NCBI GenBank assembly: GCA_020049465.1
Contig: JAIFKS010000046.1
Location: forward strand, 3,044 to 67,043
Direction: 5' to 3'
From: a bacterium
Lineage (GTDB): Bacteria; Krumholzibacteriota; Krumholzibacteriia; LZORAL124-64-63
DNA length: 64,000 nucleotides
The notes beneath the pieces were generated by a model. The model was not told the origin of the DNA and did not search any database. It saw only the letters and a program-made list of their open reading frames with translations. Below are positions 1 through 9,615 of this stretch, piece by piece; positions within the stretch are counted from its first letter, which is position 1, and the number at the start of each line of letters is the position of its first letter. Made by a program: the position numbers and the translations under genes.

Positions 1-136
1 GCTCTTCGGGGGCGTAGTAGTAGAGGTCGAGGATGTCCTCGAGGGGGCGGCCGTCGATTTTCACGACGGCATCGCCCGGCCGCCACTCATAGAGGCGGTC
101 CAGCGGGGCTGGGAATGCGCGGATCAGTGGGATCAT
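1..136 (-). CDS. 5' fragment of a DUF512 / PDZ-plus-radical-SAM-like protein (continues beyond the window)
   Basis: Manual translation from ATG 136: MIPLIRAFPAPLDRLYEWRPGDAVVKIDGRPLEDILDLYYYAPEE. The PGD..IDG..L.D.LD pattern matches the PDZ-like N-terminus of that family; only 45 codons are visible. Confidence 0.55.
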   Translation of the reverse strand, partial: MIPLIRAFPAPLDRLYEWRPGDAVVKIDGRPLEDILDLYYYAPEE

Positions 137-206
137 GGTCGGACCAAGAAAGCATGGATTGCGATTGCGGGCAACTTTGCGCCATGGATGCGCTTGCGGC
201 GGGCGG

Positions 207-235
207 TTGACAGGCCGCGGCGGCCGGGCTAGTTT
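207..235 (+). promoter_or_regulatory. sigma-70 promoter of tRNA-Gly
   Basis: TTGACA-17 nt-TAGTTT, 25 nt upstream of the tRNA. Confidence 0.75.
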
Positions 236-260
236 GGGGCGGTCCAATCGGATATCCGGA

Positions 261-336
261 GCGGGCTTAGCTCAGTTGGTAGAGCATCAGCTTCCCAAGC
301 TGAGGGTCGCGAGTTCGAGCCTCGTAGCCCGCTCCA
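261..336 (+). tRNA. tRNA-Gly(CCC)
   Basis: 76-nt cloverleaf: acceptor stem GCGGGCT/AGCCCGC, D-arm GCTC/GAGC, anticodon stem TCAGC/GCTGA with loop TT-CCC-AA, T-loop TTCGAGC, discriminator T, encoded CCA. Confidence 0.97.
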
Positions 337-365
337 TCTCGATTTCTGCATGAATCTGCCCGAAG

Positions 366-1328
366 TCAGGGACTCGCGTCGTCTTTCAGCGACTGCCGGA
401 TCGCCTCGGCCACCGCCTCGTCCTCCGGCCTGCCCCGGCTTGCCGCTTCCACTTTCCGGAACCAGGTCCGCTGCCTTTTCGCATACTGCCGCGTGAGCCG
501 GACGATGGCATCCTCCAGCTTCCCTGCCGAAAGCTCCCCCGCCAGGTGCGCCACGATCTCGCGATAACCCAGTGACCCCAGCCCCGCGCAGTCCGCATCG
601 TGCCGCGTCAGCAGGTCGCGCGTCTCTTCCAGCCACCCGCCGTCCAGCATCGCGCGCGTCCGCGCCGCGATCCGCGCATCCAGTTCGGCCACCGGCCTCT
701 CCAGCACGAACACCGGGAACGACAACCCGAGCGCCGGCCGCGGATGCTGCCCCGCCGCCAGTTCGCTCATCGGCCTGCCCGCGACTTCGCAGATCTCCAG
801 CGCGCGCTGGCTGCGGTAGCGGTCGTTGGCGTGGATGCGCTGCCAGGTGTTGGGGTCGGCGGCGTGCAGGCGGCGGCGGATCTCTTCATCAGCCAGCGCG
901 TCGAGTTCGGCGCGCACCGCTTCCAGCGGGCGCCCTTCGGTGCCCAGGTCGAAGAAGCCTTCGCGGATCGCCGTCAAATACAACCCCGCCCCGCCGACGA
1001 CGACCGGCCGGCCGCCGCGCGCGGTGATTTCCGCGTGCACGCGGCAGAAGTCGCGCCGGTAGCGCGCGGCGTCGTAGGTCTCTTCGGGGGGCAGGAAGTC
1101 GATGAGGTGATGCGGACAGACGGCGAGTTCCTCGGCAGTCGGCTGCGCGGTGCCGATGCGCAGGCCGTGGTAGATCTGCCGGCTGTCGAGGCTGATGATC
1201 TCGACGGGATACTCGCGGGCCAGCGCGGTGACCAGCGCGGTCTTGCCGACAGCCGTGGGCCCCACGATGACCGGGCAGACGCCGGCCGGCGCGGCGGCAT
1301 CGTCGGGTGCGGTGCCGCCGGTGTTCAT
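366..1328 (-). CDS. miaA: tRNA dimethylallyltransferase
   Basis: GPTAVGKT P-loop, DSRQIY, GGAGLY, YAKRQRTWF; conserved mutL-miaA order. Confidence 0.96.
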   Translation of the reverse strand: MNTGGTAPDDAAAPAGVCPVIVGPTAVGKTALVTALAREYPVEIISLDSRQIYHGLRIGTAQPTAEELAVCPHHLIDFLPPEETYDAARYRRDFCRVHAEITARGGRPVVVGGAGLYLTAIREGFFDLGTEGRPLEAVRAELDALADEEIRRRLHAADPNTWQRIHANDRYRSQRALEICEVAGRPMSELAAGQHPRPALGLSFPVFVLERPVAELDARIAARTRAMLDGGWLEETRDLLTRHDADCAGLGSLGYREIVAHLAGELSAGKLEDAIVRLTRQYAKRQRTWFRKVEAASRGRPEDEAVAEAIRQSLKDDASP

Positions 1329-1329
1329 C

Positions 1330-3210
1330 TCACGTGCGCCCGAAGCGTTTTTCCAGTTCGCCGAGCGTGAACTGGATCAAAGTCGGGCGGCCGTGCGGGC
1401 AGCTCAGCGGCTGGTCGGTGGCGAACAGCTGGTCGACCAGGTTCTGCATCTCGGGAATGGTCAGCGGCTCGCCCGCGCGCACGGCGGCGTGGCAGGCGTA
1501 GCTCGCGAGCAGGTCGACCTGGTTCTCCTGGCTGGGTTTGTCGTCCCAGGCCAGATCGTCCAGGATGTCGAGCAGCAGGCGGCCCTCGTTCCAGTTCTTG
1601 AGCGAAGCCGGCACGCCCTGCACCAGGATGCTGTGGCCGCCGAAGGGCTCGATGGTGAAGCCCATCGCCTTCAACTGGCCGGCGTGTGCCTGCCAGGCCT
1701 GGACCTGGCCCGGGGTCAGTTCGAGGTGCGCCGGGAACAGCAGCTGCTGCGTGGGCACGCCGGCGCCGGTGAGCGATTTGCGCGCCTCGTTGTAGAGGAT
1801 GCGCTCGTGGCTGTTGTGCTGGTCGATCAGCACCAGGCCGCCGCGGATCTGCGTGACGATGTAGGTGCGGTGCAGCTGCCAGAACGGCGCCGAGTGCAGG
1901 GGCATCTCGCCACTCGCGTAGCCGTCGCCGGCGGTGAACGGCTGGTCGGACGCATCGGCGGCCGTGGCGCCCGGCGGCGAGCGCAGGGCGCCGGCGCCGA
2001 ACAGTTCGGTCTGGCCGCGCGGCACGCCGCGGAATTCGAAACCGGCCGAGCCGCCGCGCTGGAAGTGGCGACGCAGGTAGTCGTCCTGGGCGCGGGCCAG
2101 ACGTTCTTCGGCTTCGTGTGGCGGCAGATTGCGGTATTCGGGCGCGTCGGGATCGGGCGCCGGTTCGGTGCCGGGCCAGGGGCGCAGGTCGTCGGCGCGG
2201 CGCAGGCCCAGGCCGTCGACGAGGGCGCCCTTGAGCAGGCCGAAGATCTCGCGCTCGAGCAGCAGGCGCACCTCCGTCTTGGCCGGGTGCACGTTCACGT
2301 CGACTTCGCCGGCAGGCACCTGCAGGAAGGCGATGACCACGGCGTGGCGGCCGGCGGGGATCGACTCGCGGTAGGCCTGGGCGATGGCCTGCGACAGCGC
2401 CGGGCTGTCGACCGGGCGGCGGTTGACGAAGATGAACTGCTGTTCGCGGTTGCCGCGCGTCCAGGTCGGGCGCGAGGCCAGGCCGCTGACGCTGAAGCCG
2501 CCCTTGGCGTTCTCGAAACGCGCCATGTGGCCGACCACGGCGGCGCCCAGAAGGTCGCGCGCGCGGTCGATCAGCGACGAGGCCGGGCGCAGGTCGAGCA
2601 GGACATCGTTCTCGGCGCGGACCAGCCACCGCGTGTCCGGGTTGGCCAGCGCCAGCTGCGTCAGCAGGCGCATCACGGCGCGCTTCTCGGCCTGGGCCGT
2701 CTTCATGAACTTTCGGCGGGCAGGCGTGTTGTAGAACAGGTCGCTGACCGTGATCGTCGTGCCGCGGTTGCGCGGGGCCGGTTCGCGGCGGATGATCTCG
2801 CCGCCGTCGATCTCGAGCATGCCGCCCATGTCGGCGTCGTGCGCGCGGCTGACGCAGCGCACGCGGCTGACCGAGGCGATGCTCGCCAGGGCTTCGCCCC
2901 GGAAACCGAACGTGCCCACGCTCATGATGTCGGCGGCTGTGGTGATCTTGCTGGTGGCGTGGCGCTCGAAGGCCAGCGGCAGGTCACGGAAGGGCACGCC
3001 GTGGCCGTCGTCGTCGACGGTCAGCGAGGTCAGACCCCCGTCCTCCAGCGTGACCGAGATCTGGTGCGCGCCGGCGTCCAGGCTGTTCTCGACCAGTTCC
3101 TTGACGACCGACGCCGGCCGTTCGACCACCTCGCCGGCGGCGATGCGGTCGATGGTGGCGCCGTCGAGCACCCTGATCCTGCCGGGTTCCTCTGCCATCT
3201 TGCCCTTCAT
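1330..3210 (-). CDS. mutL: DNA mismatch repair protein MutL
   Basis: IAAGEVVERPASVVKELVENSLDAGA, GFRGEALASI, VDVNVHPAK, endonuclease motifs DQHNSHERI, ACH and CPHGRP; start could be ATG 3198. Confidence 0.97.
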   Translation of the reverse strand: MKGKMAEEPGRIRVLDGATIDRIAAGEVVERPASVVKELVENSLDAGAHQISVTLEDGGLTSLTVDDDGHGVPFRDLPLAFERHATSKITTAADIMSVGTFGFRGEALASIASVSRVRCVSRAHDADMGGMLEIDGGEIIRREPAPRNRGTTITVSDLFYNTPARRKFMKTAQAEKRAVMRLLTQLALANPDTRWLVRAENDVLLDLRPASSLIDRARDLLGAAVVGHMARFENAKGGFSVSGLASRPTWTRGNREQQFIFVNRRPVDSPALSQAIAQAYRESIPAGRHAVVIAFLQVPAGEVDVNVHPAKTEVRLLLEREIFGLLKGALVDGLGLRRADDLRPWPGTEPAPDPDAPEYRNLPPHEAEERLARAQDDYLRRHFQRGGSAGFEFRGVPRGQTELFGAGALRSPPGATAADASDQPFTAGDGYASGEMPLHSAPFWQLHRTYIVTQIRGGLVLIDQHNSHERILYNEARKSLTGAGVPTQQLLFPAHLELTPGQVQAWQAHAGQLKAMGFTIEPFGGHSILVQGVPASLKNWNEGRLLLDILDDLAWDDKPSQENQVDLLASYACHAAVRAGEPLTIPEMQNLVDQLFATDQPLSCPHGRPTLIQFTLGELEKRFGRT

Positions 3211-3281
3211 GCCGTCCTGGCCCGCGCGCTGGTGTTCCGTCGCATCGTGACGTCGCGGTCGGCATGCGACCGCGGTCCCGA

Positions 3282-3310
3282 AGGGTAATCGTGGCGGGCG
3301 GAGGCGTCAA
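3282..3310 (-). promoter_or_regulatory. sigma-70 promoter of mutL-miaA
   Basis: TTGACG-17 nt-TACCCT on the minus strand in the intergenic gap. Confidence 0.65.
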
Positions 3311-3327
3311 CCGGCGGGCAGTGGCGA

Positions 3328-5634
3328 TCAGATCAGGGCGGCCAGCACGGCCTGCAGCAGCTTTTCGGGCGAGTCGCCGCCGCCCGGATAAACCCGCGAG
3401 GCGCTGCGCACGTCCAGTTCGGGCTCGTCCGCCAGGCGGCGCATCAATTCGCTGACGCGCTTGATCAGGCGGGGCAGCGACTGGATGTCCTCCGGCACGA
3501 TCACCAGGATGGTGCCGTCCTCCAGGCAGCTGATGTGGTCGCTGCTGCGCAGGTGGCGCTCGATGGCGTCGACCAGGCCCGCCAGTTCGGCGAAGCGCGT
3601 GGCCGGCACGTGGGCCGGACGGAAGGCGGCCAGGCCCAGCATGGTGTGGTAGCGGTCGCAGCGGTCCATCTCGCGCCGCAGAATTTCGGCCAGGGCGCCG
3701 CGGGTGGCGGCGGCGGCGATGACGGTCGTTTCCAGGTCGGGCTTCGCCGGCTCCAGGCGGTCGGCCAGCGCCTCGGCCTCGGCATTGTCGATCTGGGGAC
3801 GCCGCCGCATCCGGTCCGCCAGCAGCGGCAGCAGGCGGCGCGCGAACAGCGCGTCGAATTCCGTGAACGAACAGCCGTCCAGCGGATGCAGGCGGCGCTT
3901 GTCCAGCAGGACCAGGCCGGGGAACGCGTCGCTGCCGCCCAGGGGCACGGCCAGCACCGAACGCGCCGCGCCGCCGGAATCTCCCAGCGGAGCTTCCAGC
4001 ACCGTGGTCTGCCAGCCGCCGCGGCCGGCGTCGTTCAGCAGCCGGGCCGCCTCGCGGCGCAGCGCCTGGTCGGGCGTTTCCACTTCGTCGGGACCGGGAG
4101 CCAGCATCTCTTCGCCCGTCAGGAGCATGGCCACGCCGGCGCCGGTCAGGCGGCGCGCCGCCGAGAGCACGCGATCGCTGGTCGCCGGTCCGGCGGGCGC
4201 GGCGCCCAGTTCGGACAGGGCGGCCGCCAGCGTGGTCAGGCGGTCCAGCTGGTCGGCGGTCGCGGTGCGGTCCAGGAATCCGGTCAGGTGCCGGTTGAGC
4301 AGCAGCAGGATCTCCGAACTCACGGCGTGGAAATGGTGTGCCTTCGCGGCCGAGGTGAAGGTCAGGCTCAGCAGGGCACGCAACGGGTCGCGGCCGACCG
4401 GCAGGTGGAAGATGGTCGTGTCACGCGGCTCGCAGGGATCGCCGGTCAGGGACGGCTCGCCCGGCCGCAGCACGCGAGGGCGTCCGCGGCTGAGCACTTC
4501 GGCCTTCATCTCGTCGGGCGGCGCCTCGTAGGCGGTGCCCTCGGGCGTGGCGCAGAACAGGTCGCCGTCGGAGGTCAGGATGGCCAGACTCACCTGGTCG
4601 GCCCCGGCGACCTCGCGCACGTCGCCGGCCCAGGCGCACAGTGTGCTGGCCAGCGTTTCGGGAAGGCCGGTGTCGCGGGTGAACCGCTCCTCCATGTCGT
4701 GCAGCAACTGGCGGTCGCCCGAACTCTGGATGTGCAGGAAGCGGTCGAGGATCAGCCCGAACCGGTGCGTCAGGCTTTCGAGCGTCGTGACGGCGGCGCG
4801 GTCCAGCGACGGTTCGCCTTCGGCGGTGCAGACGTTGATCACGCCCAGCACCCGGCCGTCCCACAGGATGGGCGCGCAGATCGCCGACTGCAGGTCGGGC
4901 CGGTCACGCCCCACCTCGGGATGGCGCGGGCCGCTGACCAGTTCGGCCACCCGCGTGCGCGCCACCCGTCCGGCCACGGATTCGCCCAGGCGCACGCGCG
5001 TGCGGTGCATGGTGCTCTGGCTCAGGCCGTAGGCAAAGGCGACGTACAGTTCGTCCGACTCGTGGTCCAGCAGCATGATCGAGCCGCTGGTGGCGCCGGT
5101 GGCCCGCGTGGCCAGTCCCAGCAGCCAGCGCAGCAGCGCCTCGCGGTCCAGCGCCTCTTCGATGCGGCTCAGCGTGCGGTGGATGGCCGCGGTTTCGAGT
5201 TCCAGAAATTCCAGATCTGCGGCCTGGCCCGTGCGGGCGGCCGCGCGCGACAGGCTGGTCAGGGCGGCGTCCAGATCCTCTTCCGTGGCGGCGGCCGGCG
5301 CCGCGGCCAGACGTGGCCCGGAGATCTGGTCGGCGAAGTCGCGGGCCAGGATCGCTTCCATCCCGCAGGCCGCCGCCTGGTCCACCAGGGACGCCACCAG
5401 ATCGTTCAGCGGCGGGTGCACCAGCAGACGGGCGCCGCCTGGCGACAGTTCGGCCAGCGAGGCGATGACCGGCAGCCCCATGATCTCGGCGAGGCCGGCG
5501 CCGATCGAGGTGCCGAGGGGATCCAGGACGGCCACGATCCGGGCGTCGCGGCGGGTCGAAAGCTCCGCCAGCAGGGGAAGCTCATCTTCCCCCGGGGTCA
5601 CCAGAACGACCGGCCATTTGATGATCTCGGCCAA
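3328..5634 (-). CDS. Multi-GAF signalling protein with N-terminal Rossmann-like segment and C-terminal degenerate GGDEF domain (768 aa)
   Basis: C-terminal half of the 3328..7926 ORF. Proposed start TTG 5634 after GAGAGG. GAF motifs GSIMLLD...GESVAGRVA...SAICAPILWDGRVLGVINV; GGDEF-like LRREMDRCDRY...LRSSDHISCLEDGTILVIVPE. Confidence 0.8.
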   Translation of the reverse strand: MAEIIKWPVVLVTPGEDELPLLAELSTRRDARIVAVLDPLGTSIGAGLAEIMGLPVIASLAELSPGGARLLVHPPLNDLVASLVDQAAACGMEAILARDFADQISGPRLAAAPAAATEEDLDAALTSLSRAAARTGQAADLEFLELETAAIHRTLSRIEEALDREALLRWLLGLATRATGATSGSIMLLDHESDELYVAFAYGLSQSTMHRTRVRLGESVAGRVARTRVAELVSGPRHPEVGRDRPDLQSAICAPILWDGRVLGVINVCTAEGEPSLDRAAVTTLESLTHRFGLILDRFLHIQSSGDRQLLHDMEERFTRDTGLPETLASTLCAWAGDVREVAGADQVSLAILTSDGDLFCATPEGTAYEAPPDEMKAEVLSRGRPRVLRPGEPSLTGDPCEPRDTTIFHLPVGRDPLRALLSLTFTSAAKAHHFHAVSSEILLLLNRHLTGFLDRTATADQLDRLTTLAAALSELGAAPAGPATSDRVLSAARRLTGAGVAMLLTGEEMLAPGPDEVETPDQALRREAARLLNDAGRGGWQTTVLEAPLGDSGGAARSVLAVPLGGSDAFPGLVLLDKRRLHPLDGCSFTEFDALFARRLLPLLADRMRRRPQIDNAEAEALADRLEPAKPDLETTVIAAAATRGALAEILRREMDRCDRYHTMLGLAAFRPAHVPATRFAELAGLVDAIERHLRSSDHISCLEDGTILVIVPEDIQSLPRLIKRVSELMRRLADEPELDVRSASRVYPGGGDSPEKLLQAVLAALI

Positions 5635-5732
5635 GGTACCTCTCGGACACAGGCGCAAACGCCTGCCGGCAAGCGGTTCCGGGCGCAAACGACCCTCCGG
5701 GCCCTTCCGCGGCGGTTGTCGGGTCATAGGGA

Positions 5733-5759
5733 TGATCGGCAGGCGGGGGCGCGGGTTGA
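5733..5759 (-). promoter_or_regulatory. Putative sigma-28 (FliA) promoter of the GAF/degenerate-GGDEF gene
   Basis: TCAA-N15-GCCGATCA versus consensus TAAA-N15-GCCGATAA. Confidence 0.6.
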
Positions 5760-5765
5760 AAAAAA

Positions 5766-8489
5766 TTACAGGTCGCGCAGACTGTTCTTCAAGCGGGCCA
5801 ACCACATGAAAGCGTCGACGGGGCTGATCCGTTCCAGATCCAGGTCCCGCAGCGCCTTCAGGGCATCCCGTTCGGGCTCGTGGAACAGGGTCGCCTGGAG
5901 GGCCGCGCCCCGCCCGCCCGGTCCGGCGCCCCGGTCCGCGGCCAGGGAGGCTCCGCCCGGCCGCCGGGCATCGTGGTCGCGCTCGTCGCCGGCGGTCAGG
6001 GTGGCCAGGATGGCCTCGGCGCGCCGCAGGACAAGTTCGGGCAGCCCCGCCAGCTTGGCCACATGGATGCCGTAGCTCTTGTCCGAGCGGCCGGGCACCA
6101 CCGCGTGCATGAAGACGATGCGTCCCTCCCACTCCTTCACTTCCAGGCGGAAGTTCACCAGGCCGGGCAGGTCGCGTTCCAGATCGGTCAATTCGTGGTA
6201 GTGCGTGGCGAACACCGCGCGGGGGCGCGGACCGTCCGGCGCGGACAGGTGCTCGGTGATGGCCCAGGCCAGCGACAGGCCGTCGTAGGTGGCGGTGCCG
6301 CGCCCGATCTCGTCGAGGATCACCAGACTGCGGCGCGTCATCTGGTGCAGGATGTGCGCGGTCTCGCTCATCTCCACGTAGAAGGTCGATTCGCCGCGGG
6401 CCAGGTTGTCGGACGCTCCCACGCGCGTGAAGATGCGGTCGGTCACGCCCAGGCGCGCCCCGTCGGCCGGTACGAAGGAACCGGCCTGCGCCATCAGCGT
6501 GATCAGCGCGATCTGCCGCAGGTAGGTCGACTTGCCGCCCATGTTGGGGCCGGTCAGCAGCACGACCTGACGGCCCTCGCCGTCCAGCGCGGTGTCGTTG
6601 GCGATGAAGTCGCGGCCCAGCAGCTGTTCGACCACCGGGTGACGCCCGGCGGTGATGCGCAGTTCCAGCGAGTCGTCGCATTCGGGGCGGCAGTAGCGGT
6701 GGCGCTCGGCCGTCTCGGCGAAGCCCAGCATCAGGTCCGCGTGCGCCACCAGGCGCGACGCCTCGCGCAGGGCGGGCAGCCGTTCGGCCACCGCGCGCAC
6801 CAGCGACTGGAACAACTCCGTCTCCAGGCGTTCGGCGGTCTCCTCCGCATCGAGGATGGTGTGCTCGGCCTCTTTCAGTTCCTCGGTGTGGAAGCGGCCG
6901 GCGTTGACCAGGGTCTGGCGCTGCTGGTAGTGCGCCGGGACCTTCTCCAGATGCTTGTTGGTGACCTCGAAGTAATACCCGAAGACGCGGTTGTAACCGA
7001 CTTTCAGACTTGAGATTCCGGTGAGGTCGCGTTCGCGCGTCTGCAGGCCCGCGAGGAAGCCGCGGCTGTCCGTGGCGACCGCGCGGCAGCGGTCCAGCTC
7101 GGGGTCGACGCCAGCGGCGATATAGCCGGTCTTGCGCGTGGTGGCCGGGGCATCGGCGGCGATGGTGGCGACGATGGAAGCGGCCAGCGGGCCGAAGTCC
7201 TCCACGCCGGTCAACCAGCGGGCCACCGGGTGCTCCTCGTGGCCGCCCGCGGTCGCGGCCTCGCGCAGCTCGGCCAGAACGCCCAGCGACGTTCCCAGCT
7301 GCCGCAGCCCGGACGGACCCAGCCGTCCGGCCGCCGCCCGGGCGCCGTGCCGCTCGACATCGCCCAGACGTTTGAGGCCCGCACGCAGTTCGGCCCGCCA
7401 GGGTCCCGCGGCCAGCGCCGCGGCCACGCCGGCGTGCCAGCCGCGCAGTTCGTCCAGGTCGGTCAGGGCTTCGGCCAGGCGCTGTTCCAGAAGCCGGCGG
7501 CCCATGGGTGTGACGGTGCCGTCGATGTGATGGACCAGGGTGCCGGGGCCGCGCTCGCCGCGGAAGGTCCGGAAGATCTCCAGGTTGCGCAGCGTCTCTT
7601 CGTCGAGGACCAGGCGGTCGCCCGGCGCGTTGAACTGAAGGCTGGTGACCTGCGCCGGTCGCCGCAGGGTCAGGGCCGAGAGGTAGCGCAGGACCGCGCC
7701 GGCGGCGGTGGCGGCCGGCTCGCGCCCTGCTTCCTCCAGGCCGTAGGGCGTCAGTGTGGCCACCTGGAAATGGTCCAGCAGCGTGCGGCGGGCGAAGGCC
7801 GGATGGAACCAGGCGGTGTTGACCGCATTGACGACCACCCCCGGCAGCGCGGCCCGCCACAGATGCAGGCGTTCGGGGTCCGTGTCCTCGGCGACGATCA
7901 CTTCGCGCACGGCGTGCCGCTGGCACAGGCTGGCCGGCGTGGCGCGTTCCAGGCCACAGCGGAATTCCCCCGTGGTGGCGTCCAGGAGCGCCCAGCCGCT
8001 CGCGGGGGCGCCGGGTCCGTCGGTGGCGGTCGAGCCGGGTGCCGGCCTCCAGGCGAGGCAGTAGCGGCCCGAGGCGCCGTCCAGCAACTCGGGCGTGGTC
8101 GCGGTGCCGGGGCTGATGACCTCCACCACTTCGCGACGGACCAGCCCCTTGGCCAGCGCGGGATCCTCGACCTGCTCGCAGATCGCGACCGTCAGGCCGG
8201 CGCTGAGCAGCCGGGTCAGATAGACGTCCAGGGCGTGGTGCGGCACGCCGGCCAGTGGAATGGGATTGTCGCTCTTGGAATCGCGGCTGGTCAGGGTCAC
8301 GCCGGCGACGCGGGCCAGCGTTTGCGCATCCTCGAAGAATGTTTCGAAGAAATCACCCATGCGGAAGAGCAGCAGCGCGCCGGGGTGCTGGGCCTTGATC
8401 TCGAGGTACTGGGCGAGCATGGGTGTCAGACGGGCGGCCTGCGGGTCGGCGGGTTCGTTGTCGCCGCGGGGCTTGCGTCCGGCCGCCAT
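5766..8489 (-). CDS. mutS: DNA mismatch repair protein MutS
   Basis: LTPMLAQY, GDFFETF, TGPNMGGKSTYLRQ, GESTFYVEM, DEIGRGT, FATHYHEL, SYGIHVA. Confidence 0.98.
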   Translation of the reverse strand: MAAGRKPRGDNEPADPQAARLTPMLAQYLEIKAQHPGALLLFRMGDFFETFFEDAQTLARVAGVTLTSRDSKSDNPIPLAGVPHHALDVYLTRLLSAGLTVAICEQVEDPALAKGLVRREVVEVISPGTATTPELLDGASGRYCLAWRPAPGSTATDGPGAPASGWALLDATTGEFRCGLERATPASLCQRHAVREVIVAEDTDPERLHLWRAALPGVVVNAVNTAWFHPAFARRTLLDHFQVATLTPYGLEEAGREPAATAAGAVLRYLSALTLRRPAQVTSLQFNAPGDRLVLDEETLRNLEIFRTFRGERGPGTLVHHIDGTVTPMGRRLLEQRLAEALTDLDELRGWHAGVAAALAAGPWRAELRAGLKRLGDVERHGARAAAGRLGPSGLRQLGTSLGVLAELREAATAGGHEEHPVARWLTGVEDFGPLAASIVATIAADAPATTRKTGYIAAGVDPELDRCRAVATDSRGFLAGLQTRERDLTGISSLKVGYNRVFGYYFEVTNKHLEKVPAHYQQRQTLVNAGRFHTEELKEAEHTILDAEETAERLETELFQSLVRAVAERLPALREASRLVAHADLMLGFAETAERHRYCRPECDDSLELRITAGRHPVVEQLLGRDFIANDTALDGEGRQVVLLTGPNMGGKSTYLRQIALITLMAQAGSFVPADGARLGVTDRIFTRVGASDNLARGESTFYVEMSETAHILHQMTRRSLVILDEIGRGTATYDGLSLAWAITEHLSAPDGPRPRAVFATHYHELTDLERDLPGLVNFRLEVKEWEGRIVFMHAVVPGRSDKSYGIHVAKLAGLPELVLRRAEAILATLTAGDERDHDARRPGGASLAADRGAGPGGRGAALQATLFHEPERDALKALRDLDLERISPVDAFMWLARLKNSLRDL

Positions 8490-8492
8490 GGC

Positions 8493-9614
8493 TCAGCGGT
8501 CCGGGCGGGCATTCGCCTCGCGGTCGACGACGATCACGTCCAGTCCCAGTCGCGCCCCGAGTTCGGCGGCGGCGTTCTCGGCCTCGGCCGGGCCGGGCCA
8601 GGCGCCGGCGCGCAGGCGGTACACGCTCTGGCCGCGGGCGTCGACGCCTTCCTCGATCGTCAGACCCTCGACGCGCTCGGCGTGGCGCTGCTGGAAGTCC
8701 AGCGCGCGGCCGCGGTCGCCGAAGGCCCCCAGTTGCAGCGTGTAGCGGCCCACGCGGCCTTCGGGCTGGGCGGTCGCCGGGGTGCGCGTGTCGTCGCGAA
8801 CCGTTCCCTGGGCCCGCTCCGTGGGTGGGGTGGGCCGCGCCGAGGCGGGCAGGCGGGTGACGGCGACATCCTGATGATCGCGCAGCGCGCGGTGGATTTC
8901 CAACAGCGCGAGGGATCCGGAATCGAGCTCGTCGATCTGCATGGCCAGCGCTTCGACTTCCGCCACGCGGCCGCCCAGCAGCATGGCGCGGCAGCGGCCC
9001 GACACGGTGCGGCGCCGCAGCTCAGGGTCGGCCTGGTCGGCGGCATCGTACCAGCGCAGCGCCTGCGCGCCGTCACCCTGTGCGATGGCGATGTCCCCGA
9101 GCAGCGCCCGCGACATCGCGAAGGCCGGGTCGGAGGTCCTGACGGCCGCCAGCAGTTCGCGGGCGCGCGGGCCGCGGCCCAGGGCCAGCAGCGCACGCGC
9201 GGCGACCACCTGGACCTGGCCGGGCAGGTCGTCGCCTTCGTCCAGCAGGGGCGACACGGCGGTCAGCGCTTCGCCCGGGTGGCCGCGCCCCAGTTCCAGT
9301 TCGGCGGTCTCCAGAGCCAGGCGCGTCCGCACCGGCCGGCCCAGACGCTTGCGGGTCAGCCCCTGCCCCAGCAACTCGAGGGCGCCGGCGGGTTCGGTCG
9401 ACAGCCGGGAGCGCCAGAGTTGGCTCTCGGCGGGGCGCGCGCCGGACTCGGCCGCGGCCGTCTGGCCGCGCGCCTGTTCCCAGGAGCCGGCCGCGAACAG
9501 TTCGGCCACCCGCTCGAAGCCGGCCAGAGCGGCGGGTGCTGTGCCCAACGTCAACGCCACCGCGACGAAGAGAGCGGCTGCCGCCCGCGGGCTGATGGTC
9601 CGGTCGCGGAGCAT
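8493..9614 (-). CDS. Exported TPR-like protein with C-terminal SPOR domain
   Basis: Signal peptide, helical repeats, SPOR pattern YTLQLGAFGDRGRA...YRLRAGAW. Confidence 0.8.
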   Translation of the reverse strand: MLRDRTISPRAAAALFVAVALTLGTAPAALAGFERVAELFAAGSWEQARGQTAAAESGARPAESQLWRSRLSTEPAGALELLGQGLTRKRLGRPVRTRLALETAELELGRGHPGEALTAVSPLLDEGDDLPGQVQVVAARALLALGRGPRARELLAAVRTSDPAFAMSRALLGDIAIAQGDGAQALRWYDAADQADPELRRRTVSGRCRAMLLGGRVAEVEALAMQIDELDSGSLALLEIHRALRDHQDVAVTRLPASARPTPPTERAQGTVRDDTRTPATAQPEGRVGRYTLQLGAFGDRGRALDFQQRHAERVEGLTIEEGVDARGQSVYRLRAGAWPGPAEAENAAAELGARLGLDVIVVDREANARPDR

Positions 9615-9615
9615 G

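Noticed and set aside
170-188. sigma-54-like TGGCGCAAAGTTGC on the minus strand upstream of the first CDS
   Set aside because: GG to GC spacing is 9 nt rather than the required 10
135-353. 72-aa ORF spanning the tRNA
   Set aside because: It is a translation of the promoter and tRNA-Gly sequence
337-365. Possible integrative element at the tRNA-Gly 3' end
   Set aside because: miaA ends 30 nt away; I saw no integrase and no duplicated tRNA 3' end
5635-7926. N-terminal 764 aa of the 1532-aa ORF 3328..7926
   Set aside because: Off-frame overlap with mutS with Arg/Gly/Pro-rich junk composition; the real gene most likely starts at TTG 5634 after GAGAGG
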